64,000 bases of DNA from contig JBJURY010222185.1 of the NCBI GenBank assembly GCA_046269625.1, positions 1 through 64,000 of the forward strand, in the 5' to 3' direction. Positions within the stretch are counted from its first letter, which is position 1, and each line of letters starts with the position of its first letter. Of the stretch, positions 9,672 through 17,083 are shown one piece after another. Made by a program: the position numbers and the translations under genes. The stretch comes from Hausera hauseri. Lineage: Eukaryota. The notes under the pieces are model-generated. The model worked only from the letters and a program-made list of their open reading frames with translations, was not told the DNA's origin and made no database searches.

Positions 9672-10009
9672 GCTGTTACCTCCTCGTCCCACTCTGGCAG
9701 CCTGCCGCCCTGCGCGAAGCACCTGCACATTGCTAGGGCCAACTCTAACTGCTCGGCGGTGGGTGGTGACTTTCGGGTGGCGCTATGCCCTTTATTCCAT
9801 TTCGCGTTCTGCTCCCGCGCACGCAGCCACCAGCAGTCTCCGGTCTCGCTGCTGAACTTCACTATGACGCTTGTCGGGTTCTGCATCCAGAACACGTCCA
9901 TGTCCTCGATACTCCCGACGAACTCGGGCTTGCGAGACGGGGGTGCCCTTAGCACGTGGCGCTGCTGTGGGCGCAGTCTTTCAATATCCGTTACCCTATC
10001 TTCGATCAT
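9668..10009 (-). CDS. hypothetical protein
   Basis: ATGA coupling on both sides. Confidence 0.55.
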   Translation of the reverse strand: MIEDRVTDIERLRPQQRHVLRAPPSRKPEFVGSIEDMDVFWMQNPTSVIVKFSSETGDCWWLRAREQNAKWNKGHSATRKSPPTAEQLELALAMCRCFAQGGRLPEWDEEVTA

Positions 10010-10215
10010 GTCGGCGGAACCTTATTATTCAATCCCACAAGCTGGGTCTTGCTGGATATCAGGACGTAATTACTCTTATGCACTGGTGCCACGCCCCAAC
10101 CCGCCCGGACCTCGCGCGCCGCGCGCTCACCACACGTGAGACATAGGCGGTAGCCTAACAAGGCGCGGCGTTCAGAGAACGTCGCGCCGCAATCCTCGCA
10201 CTCAGGTGTTTTCAT
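10006..10215 (-). CDS. small Zn-finger protein
   Basis: CEDC...CLTC motifs and PVHKSNY. Confidence 0.65.
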   Translation of the reverse strand: MKTPECEDCGATFSERRALLGYRLCLTCGERAAREVRAGWGVAPVHKSNYVLISSKTQLVGLNNKVPPT

Positions 10216-10582
10216 TTTGTGTTAGTCCTTCTCCTAACACCCACGGCGCGAAGCACCGCAGGTATGTCTCGATCTCGTTGACCTGCGCACGTGACAGGTG
10301 GATGTCGCCCAAACGGCCTTGGAGTTTGCGCCCCTCGGGGTGCATGCTGAGGTTCGTTTCTATGTTCAGGTGCAGTAGTAGGCGGAACTCGCCCCAGTCC
10401 ATGCCCTCGCTTATCACCACCAGCCGCAGGTATGGCAGCACGTCAGGCTCGGGTATGTTTACCCCGCGCTTCTTTGCCTCTTGGTCGTCCCGATACCACA
10501 GGTCGAAATCGGCTATGCCACCCAAGAACCACAGGTTCGGACGGGTCTTGAGCCAATTCTTGTATTCCCTTGGTTCAAACAT
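10202..10582 (-). CDS. hypothetical protein
   Basis: AAGGAG RBS. Confidence 0.55.
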   Translation of the reverse strand: MFEPREYKNWLKTRPNLWFLGGIADFDLWYRDDQEAKKRGVNIPEPDVLPYLRLVVISEGMDWGEFRLLLHLNIETNLSMHPEGRKLQGRLGDIHLSRAQVNEIETYLRCFAPWVLGEGLTQNENT

Positions 10583-10597
10583 CTGTTAGGCTCCTTC

Positions 10598-10690
10598 CTA
10601 CCAGCCCAGCCCATAGCCAATGGCGAACGCCCCGTAGCCGATGGCGAACAGCATCACCGCGCCCAGCGCGTCCTCAATCCACTCACGCAT
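10598..10690 (-). CDS. small membrane peptide, 30 aa
   Basis: MREWIEDALGAVMLFAIGYG...; GGAGG upstream; read manually. Confidence 0.4.
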   Translation of the reverse strand: MREWIEDALGAVMLFAIGYGAFAIGYGLGW

Positions 10691-10691
10691 C

Positions 10692-11021
10692 TCATTCCTC
10701 CGGGTAGACAGGTAGGTCGGGGTTAGTGTCGGCGTTGATGTCAATCAGCAAGTATTCCGCACCGGCACGATTGGCGTAGGCGAAGAGGTGGTAGAGATCG
10801 GCAGGGATATTCTCGTCGTGGTCAATGTCGTGAGGCACCCACATGAACCAGCTGTAGTTGCCCCACATGCCAATGGTCAGCATGATAGTGTGGCTCGTGC
10901 CGTTGGCTTCGCTCTCCAACAGCTGGGCTGTCGAGGTGCAGATATGGTTGGTAGAGACGATGAGCAGGGCGCTCAGGTCGGCGTTAGGGAGCGGACTAAC
11001 AATCTTTGCGCGGCTTGCCAT
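10692..11021 (-). CDS. hypothetical protein
   Basis: VSTNHI...IPADL..LF.YA...GAEYL.ID...LPVY pattern resembling small phage/plasmid proteins. Confidence 0.6.
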   Translation of the reverse strand: MASRAKIVSPLPNADLSALLIVSTNHICTSTAQLLESEANGTSHTIMLTIGMWGNYSWFMWVPHDIDHDENIPADLYHLFAYANRAGAEYLLIDINADTNPDLPVYPEE

Positions 11022-11022
11022 A

Positions 11023-11235
11023 TCACATCCCCCGTGCAGGTAGGACGCACGGGCTCAGCTCGGCGTGCATCCAATTCTTGTTCGCCATCAGGAAGGCGTC
11101 GAGGGCGGTCTGCCCGCGCTTCACCACGGCACAGGTCCATGCCTTCGGGTGCCATCCCATCGTGCCGCAGCGGCCAGCGGGCCGGACGATCATGCAGTCA
11201 CGGAGTTGCACAGTCTCGAGTTCTATTGTCGTCAT
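11023..11235 (-). CDS. hypothetical protein
   Basis: AAGGAG RBS. Confidence 0.5.
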   Translation of the reverse strand: MTTIELETVQLRDCMIVRPAGRCGTMGWHPKAWTCAVVKRGQTALDAFLMANKNWMHAELSPCVLPARGM

Positions 11236-11250
11236 TTGATTTCTCCTTGG

Positions 11251-11481
11251 TTAGGTTTGCTGGAAGGTCTTGTAGGTGGGGATGTCGAACCCTGCGCCGT
11301 AGACGCCTTGGCGTGGGTAGATGCGGCGTGGGCGCGGAGCGCGCACATTCGGCGGAGCCTTGTCGTTAGGCACCTCCCTAACAGCCTTACCGGCGGGGCG
11401 GCGCACGACATAGGCACGCCCGTCTGCGATAGCAGCAGGCACGAGGTCGGCGAGTAGAGCGCGCATCTGGTCTTTGGTCAT
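11251..11481 (-). CDS. hypothetical early protein
   Basis: first ORF after the strong promoter; GAGG upstream of MTKDQ. Confidence 0.5.
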   Translation of the reverse strand: MTKDQMRALLADLVPAAIADGRAYVVRRPAGKAVREVPNDKAPPNVRAPRPRRIYPRQGVYGAGFDIPTYKTFQQT

Positions 11482-11595
11482 GGCGAGAGCCTCGGCATTG
11501 AATTGGATCGAACGAGTGGAGCAGGCAGGTGTTAGGCAGCGCCCTAACAGCCCCTGCGGGCCGGGTAATAAGGTAACCATTCAACAACTCCTTAC

Positions 11596-11624
11596 AGTAT
11601 AGGCCATCTGTGATCCTATGTCAA
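11596..11624 (-). promoter_or_regulatory. strong sigma70 early promoter
   Basis: TTGACA-17 nt-TATACT, flanked by palindromic boxes at 11531 and 11660. Confidence 0.8.
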
Positions 11625-11699
11625 ATGGTGTGAAATAAATAGTTTTGGTGGCATTGGCTGTTAGGGAGTGTCCTAACGTGGTATCCGGTGGCAGGCAGT

Positions 11700-12070
11700 G
11701 GAATGTCCTAATGTTATATATATTGTTACTAATAATAGATTAGATAAGCCCTTGAAAATACTGCAATGTTCTTAGTGTTACTAATGTTGGGGGAAAAACA
11801 ATGATGCGAGACCGTGGAGTTGGCGCGGTGGTTTCAGGGAGATGCCAAGCCCCCGAACCCGAAGGTCGGGTATCTCTGTTTTACGCGGAACATTAGGAAC
11901 ATTGTGTAAAATCAATGACTTACGAGGCACCAATCGGTAACATTACGAAAAATCAGGAACATTGTTAGATATCAATGACTTAGCGGGAGAACATTAGTAA
12001 CATTACATTAAATAACAGAACAATGTCTGTGTATAAACCAACGCGAAAGTTAGGCGACGCCCTAATGTAA
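11700..12070. repeat. AT-rich region with inverted AATGTT/AACATT repeat clusters and IHF-like boxes (origin candidate)
   Basis: ~9-nt periodic AATGTT repeats on the left and AACATT on the right; WATCAA-N4-TTA at 11910 and 11970. Confidence 0.55.
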
Positions 12071-12225
12071 CTTTTTCGCCGAAAATCGCCCAACCCCCTT
12101 GACGAAATAAAATTTCTTGGTAGACTCCTAGGCGTCGTCATGACGATCCCCAAAGGGATAGTCGCTGACTAGCAGAGGAGCCGCTGAAAGCAATAAAATT
12201 GCGCGGCCCCGAAAAGCCCCCCCGC

Positions 12226-12382
12226 ACGCGCAACGCTGCTAGAGAACTGGTCTCGGGCTGTTAGGGAGCTGCCTAACAGGTGTTTTGCGTTGGTCGTGGG
12301 GTGTTCAGCCTCGGTCCTTGGCCACGCCGAAAGCGGCTGGGTGCGGTGCATAACGCGCAACGCTGCTAGAGCACTGGTATCG
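12226..12382. repeat. 30-bp direct repeat, 2 copies (12226-12255, 12353-12382)
   Basis: ACGCGCAACGCTGCTAGAG(A/C)ACTGGT(C/A)TCG. Confidence 0.8.
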
Positions 12383-12411
12383 CGCGGCCTGCGCGCCGTG
12401 GTGCAGGCAAC

Positions 12412-12441
12412 AAAAAAGGGCCAGCCCCGAAGGGCTGGCCC
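12412..12441 (-). terminator. rho-independent terminator
   Basis: GGGCCAGCCC-TTCG-GGGCTGGCCC followed by T6, right after the gene at 12447-13103. Confidence 0.85.
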
Positions 12442-12446
12442 AAAGA

Positions 12447-13103
12447 TCACTTGACGTTTAGGTCAATCTTGAACGCGGCGCAGATATCCAGCAGCGCCTT
12501 GCCAAACTTAGGCGCGACGTCGACCGGAACCGAACCGTCAAACTTTTCCGCGTCGCGGCGCAGCCGACCGATAACCGCGTTGAGCCGATCCGCGATATAC
12601 TTAGCGTCGCTGGACTTGGTGCCAGCGCCGCGCTTGGTATCCTCGCCGCCCGCATCCCGGATTGAAATCATGCGCCCGACGAAATCCTTTTTGAAGTAGG
12701 ACGATCCCGAACCGTATGATTGCATGATTTGACGCTTGGCCTGATCCTTGTAAGGCAAGCCGGTGTCGGTCAGGAATTGCGAGATAGGGAGAACCGTATC
12801 GCCCGCCACATTGCGATCATGAATCTTTGTCGCAATGTCCTGCCCAAAGCGCCAAGTCCAATAGACTTGCATGGTGAAATCATGCGCCGCGGATTCCTCA
12901 TTAGACCGTTCAGCCGCCTTTTTCAGCAGACCATCTAATGACACGTCATGCGCGACGATCACGGTTTCATAGAACGATTTGAACGCTTTGGCCGCATCAT
13001 CGCCTTTCGCACGCGCCGCCACGGCGGCTTCTATTTCCGAAACGCCAACGGAAAAGCGCACCATATCCGAACGGGGGGAAGAAGTATTTTTACGGGGGGT
13101 CAT
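12447..13103 (-). CDS. hypothetical protein, monocistronic early gene
   Basis: AAAGGA RBS, own terminator, promoter-like TTGTCA...TGGTATCT upstream. Confidence 0.7.
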   Translation of the reverse strand: MTPRKNTSSPRSDMVRFSVGVSEIEAAVAARAKGDDAAKAFKSFYETVIVAHDVSLDGLLKKAAERSNEESAAHDFTMQVYWTWRFGQDIATKIHDRNVAGDTVLPISQFLTDTGLPYKDQAKRQIMQSYGSGSSYFKKDFVGRMISIRDAGGEDTKRGAGTKSSDAKYIADRLNAVIGRLRRDAEKFDGSVPVDVAPKFGKALLDICAAFKIDLNVK

Positions 13104-13559
13104 GATTTGATCCTTTCAAGATCGTTTGTCGGGCCGAACCATTCAGCGCCGATAGGCATTAGATACCACCAAATAACACCAAATGACAATAGATAGGCCC
13201 GTGGCTTGTTAGGGAAAGACCTAACATTCAGGCCGAAAGCAGGCAAATCAGCGCCGAAACGGCCCGCGCGCAGGCAAATCCGGCATATCCAGACCCCCAC
13301 CGGGGGGCACCCCCCTTGGACCGGGGCAGCGCCTGCCTCTCTATAGTATTACTATTCCACACAAACCCATCGCTATTTCAGTACATTACACCATTTATCA
13401 TCAAATTACATCAAAACACAGTACATTACACACCCCCTCCCCCTTCATTTTCGGCGCTGAGTCACAACTCTGCAAACCCGAGCCCCCTCTCCACATAAGG
13501 GACTCCCAAATCGTCACAACCCGGGCTATATTGTAGAAAATCTCCCAATCGGGTGCACC

Positions 13560-14138
13560 ATGCTGACAAATCTTCCTATCGACTCTGACATCCCCCTTGC
13601 CGCCAGCGACTCTAAAGATGGGTTCATGCCCACTGTGGAGGCCGCTGCGGGCACCGCTCGCCTCTTGGAAGCGGCTGGTTTAGACATCACAGTCACCGAC
13701 GCTGATCTGGATGACGCCGCGGCGACCGCCCGGCAGGCGGCACGTGCCCCGCACGTGCTACAACAAAGAAGCGCAATTAAGGCCATAACCAAGAAAACCC
13801 CTGCAGCCCTCCTGCTGACGGAGAAAATCCTCAATGACTACGGTCACAAGATCGTCGAGGAAGCCTCTCAGGTGCGTCATATGGTGGTCAACAAGCTCAT
13901 TCAGGAGACGGAGAACCCCGATGCACGCATCCGCGTGAAGGCCCTTGAGCTCTTGGGCAAGGTTTCCGACGTCGGGCTGTTCACCGAGAAGCAAGAGGTC
14001 ACGATCACCCACCAGACAAGCGACGACCTGCGGGCCCGGCTCAGGAAAAAGCTCGAGAAAATGATGGTCGACGTGACTCCCGACGTCGAAGACGCCGATT
14101 ACGTCGATGGAGAGGGTGCGGAGGGCGACGACGAATGA
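13560..14138 (+). CDS. putative terminase small subunit
   Basis: upstream of TerL; helical, with RIRVKALELLGK..DVGLFTEK. Confidence 0.6.
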   Translation: MLTNLPIDSDIPLAASDSKDGFMPTVEAAAGTARLLEAAGLDITVTDADLDDAAATARQAARAPHVLQQRSAIKAITKKTPAALLLTEKILNDYGHKIVEEASQVRHMVVNKLIQETENPDARIRVKALELLGKVSDVGLFTEKQEVTITHQTSDDLRARLRKKLEKMMVDVTPDVEDADYVDGEGAEGDDE

Positions 14139-14302
14139 AAGACGACTACCAGCCGTACCACGTCTACCCGCAGGGTGACCTGAAAGAACACGAAATTTCG
14201 CCCAAATGTTGGTGCGATCCAGAGCTCGTAGAGGGTGTCTGGGTGCATAATTCGGCTGACGGGAGGGAAGCGTATGAAAATGGCGACCGAAAGCCCCACT
14301 AA
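14135..14302 (+). CDS. small His/Cys protein, 55 aa (HVYP..DLKEH...CWCDP...VHNS.DGRE)
   Basis: ATGA overlap with TerS; fills the gap to TerL; read manually. Confidence 0.6.
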   Translation: MKDDYQPYHVYPQGDLKEHEISPKCWCDPELVEGVWVHNSADGREAYENGDRKPH

Positions 14303-16754
14303 CTTCAATCGAGCGGAGCTCGAGACGCTGCTTAAGAGCGTCGACATGCTGGACGAGCAGGAGTTGACCGAGATCGAGCGGATGCTCGAGGAATTGGACA
14401 AGCGTGCCACGCTGCAGGCTGCCAGAGACGACCTGATTGCCTTCTGCAAGTACATGGACCCCCACTATAAGGTGGGTCGGCACCATAGAATCCTCGCGGA
14501 TCAGCTCATGGCCATCGAGGCGGGGGACAAAGACAGGGTCTGCGTCAACATTCCACCCCGTCACGGCAAGTCTCAGCTCGTCTCCACATACTACCCGGCG
14601 TGGTTTATCGGCAGAAACCCGGGAAAAAAGGTCATGTTGGTGTCCCACACCACTGATCTGGCCGTGGATTTCGGTCGTAAGGTGCGAAACCACATCGACT
14701 CGGACCCATACCGGGATATTTTCCCGGCGACGGCCCTCTCAGCGGACTCAAAGTCGGCTGGGCGGTGGAATACGACCACGGGATGCGAGTTTTACGCCAC
14801 CGGCGTGGGTTCGGCCCTCGCGGGCCGCGGTGCAGACCTGCTCCTCATCGACGATCCGCACTCAGAACAGGACATTTTGAACGGAAACTTCACGGCTTTC
14901 GACAAAGCCTACGAGTGGTTCGCCTTCGGTGCCCGGACGCGTCTGATGCCGGGAGGGCGCGTAGCGGTGGTGCACTGTATGACCGGCGATACACCTGTTT
15001 TGATGGCTGATGGCAGCGAAAAGCCTCTGCAGGACGTACGTCCGGGAGACATGGTAGCCTCGTTTGAGGGCGGCGCACTGTTTGGGCGTAAGGTTATCAA
15101 CTACCAGTCAAACGGTATTGATAGCATCTTTACAATCAAGATGACCTCAGGTAGAGTTGTCCGGGCAAACGCGAGGCATCCGTTCCTTGTCGTTAGAGAG
15201 GGGGCGTTGGAATGGGTGCGCCTGAGCGGCTTGAAGACGGGCGATACCGTTGTGTCACTGACGGATGCCAACAACCTTCTCGATCCAGCACAAAACGCGG
15301 TAAGTGTCAGCGGTGTCAGTCTATCGACCACTACCACCGAAAGCACCCCGATGCCCCCTACCGGGGTGTCGGCCACCACGGGAAATGGAAAGGGATCGCC
15401 TGCTCCGTTGACGGGTGTGAAGAGCCCGCGGCGGCAACCGGCCTTTGCACCGGACACTACAACAAGCAGAAGTGGGAAAGCGGAAAATACCGCCGCAGTG
15501 CCGCTGCGAACCGTGACGCCCACCTCAAACATCGGTACGGCATCACGCTGGATGAGTATCACCGGCTTCTTGCGGAGCAGGGTGGCGTCTGCGCGGTCTG
15601 TAATGAGTCCCCTACTGAGAAAAACACTCGCGCGCATTGGAACAGCAAGCTCTGCGTGGACCATTGCCACGATTCGGGGCGGGTCAGGGCCCTACTGTGC
15701 AACGACTGCAATCTCGCTGTCGGCTATGCAAAGACCGAGCGAACCGCTCTGGCAGTTGCAGAGTATATACGCACTCACACTCGACCCGATTCTTGAGGTA
15801 ACGCCTTCTGGTGAGGCCGAGGTGTTCGATATTCAGGTCGAACGCAGTGAAAACTTCATAGCCAATGGTCTCGTGAGCCATAATACAAGATGGCATAAAA
15901 AAGACCTCACGGGGCGGCTGATCCAAGATATGGCCAACAACGAGGACTCCGACCAGTACGAGGTGGTGGAGTTCCCGGCGATTCTCGAGGTCGAGGACAA
16001 AAATACGGGTGAAATCGTCCAAAAAGCCCTCTGGCCGGAGTTTTTCGACCTTCCGGCGCTCATCCGCACCAAGGCGTCCATGCCTGTGTTCCAGTGGAAC
16101 GCGCAGTATCAGCAGAATCCGACGGGCGAAGAGGCGTCAATCATCAAGCGAGACTGGTGGAGACTGTGGCCGGACGAGGACCCGCCGCACGTAGAGTACA
16201 TAATCATGTCTCTCGACGCCGCTGCAGAGGCAAACAACCGTGCCGACTTCACGTCGCTGACCACGTGGGGTGTGTTCTTCAATGAGGAGGAGAACAACCA
16301 CCAGATCATCCTGCTCAACGCCATAAAGAAGCGCATGGAGTTCCCGGAGCTCAAGGCTCTGGCCATGGAGGAGTACCGCGAGTGGGAGCCTGATGCCTTC
16401 ATCGTCGAGAAAAAGAGCTCGGGGACGCCCCTCTATCAGGAGATGCGGCGGGCTGGGCTCATGGTGCAGGAGTACACACCGGTCAGGGGGTCTGTGAACA
16501 ACCCCAACAGCAAGATGGCCCGTCTGAACTCCGTATCCGACATTATCTCCTCCGGGATGGTCTGGGTGCCGCCTAAGCGCTGGGCGGAGGAGCTCGTGGA
16601 AGAAGTGGCTGGGTTTCCCTTCGCCGAAAACGACGACCATGTGGACACTATGATTATGGCGCTCCTGCGGTTCCGTCAGGGGGGGTTCATTCGTCTGGAC
16701 ACCGACGAGCCGGACGAGGAGCTGCCTTACCGGCGGCGAGTTGATTACTACTAA
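14274..16754 (+). CDS. terL: terminase large subunit, intein-containing
   Basis: PPRHGKS Walker A, LLLIDDP Walker B, H-TRWH coupling motif, C-terminal nuclease with DDHVD; GGGAGG RBS. Confidence 0.95.
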   Translation: MKMATESPTNFNRAELETLLKSVDMLDEQELTEIERMLEELDKRATLQAARDDLIAFCKYMDPHYKVGRHHRILADQLMAIEAGDKDRVCVNIPPRHGKSQLVSTYYPAWFIGRNPGKKVMLVSHTTDLAVDFGRKVRNHIDSDPYRDIFPATALSADSKSAGRWNTTTGCEFYATGVGSALAGRGADLLLIDDPHSEQDILNGNFTAFDKAYEWFAFGARTRLMPGGRVAVVHCMTGDTPVLMADGSEKPLQDVRPGDMVASFEGGALFGRKVINYQSNGIDSIFTIKMTSGRVVRANARHPFLVVREGALEWVRLSGLKTGDTVVSLTDANNLLDPAQNAVSVSGVSLSTTTTESTPMPPTGVSATTGNGKGSPAPLTGVKSPRRQPAFAPDTTTSRSGKAENTAAVPLRTVTPTSNIGTASRWMSITGFLRSRVASARSVMSPLLRKTLARIGTASSAWTIATIRGGSGPYCATTAISLSAMQRPSEPLWQLQSIYALTLDPILEVTPSGEAEVFDIQVERSENFIANGLVSHNTRWHKKDLTGRLIQDMANNEDSDQYEVVEFPAILEVEDKNTGEIVQKALWPEFFDLPALIRTKASMPVFQWNAQYQQNPTGEEASIIKRDWWRLWPDEDPPHVEYIIMSLDAAAEANNRADFTSLTTWGVFFNEEENNHQIILLNAIKKRMEFPELKALAMEEYREWEPDAFIVEKKSSGTPLYQEMRRAGLMVQEYTPVRGSVNNPNSKMARLNSVSDIISSGMVWVPPKRWAEELVEEVAGFPFAENDDHVDTMIMALLRFRQGGFIRLDTDEPDEELPYRRRVDYY
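14976..15884 (+). mobile_element. intein in TerL (303 aa)
   Basis: H|CMTGDTPV block A, NARHPF block B, VFDIQV..ENFIANGLVSHN|T blocks F/G; removal restores VVHTRWH. Confidence 0.93.
15212..15796 (+). CDS. Endonuclease VII-type endonuclease overprinted in an alternate frame of the TerL intein
   Basis: YGITL.EY..L...Q.G.CAVC...VDHCH..G.VRALLC..CN..VG; GAGGGGG SD 7 nt before the ATG. Confidence 0.85.
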   Translation: MGAPERLEDGRYRCVTDGCQQPSRSSTKRGKCQRCQSIDHYHRKHPDAPYRGVGHHGKWKGIACSVDGCEEPAAATGLCTGHYNKQKWESGKYRRSAAANRDAHLKHRYGITLDEYHRLLAEQGGVCAVCNESPTEKNTRAHWNSKLCVDHCHDSGRVRALLCNDCNLAVGYAKTERTALAVAEYIRTHTRPDS

Positions 16755-17083
16755 AAACTATGCTACAAAATTTTTAGCGACGTTTTCGGCTCCTTGGCGT
16801 CGCTGTTGGGCGTGTATCTAATGTGGCCCGGTGTTTCTCCCCACCGGGCCATTTCTTTTTCAAAAAGGTGTTGCAGGGGCTGATCTTACCCCCTAAAAAT
16901 GTCTCCGAGGGGCGTACCAACTCAGAGATCGTCACGGGTCGGTTTGGTAGTGGTCGAGGATCAGACTGCGCTACGGCTTATCATCAACCGCGCCCCTCAC
17001 GACTCCTCCCGCCCAATGACTCCCCTCTTCCTATGCGGCGCACTTTGCTGCTATAGTCGCACAAACCTTTCAGGGGATATGCC

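Noticed and set aside
682-13225. Palindromes as a CRISPR array, CtrA box or LexA box
   Set aside because: Spacing is irregular with no spacer architecture; the sequence does not match TTAA-N7-TTAA or GTTC-N7-GTTC
14235-14273. TerL start at GTG 14235
   Set aside because: ATG 14274 has a GGGAGG RBS, and the upstream sequence is occupied by the 14135-14302 ORF
14976-15884. Group I intron explanation for the insertions
   Set aside because: All three inserts are multiples of 3, stop-free in the host frame and bounded by Cys...His-Asn/nucleophile, which defines them as inteins
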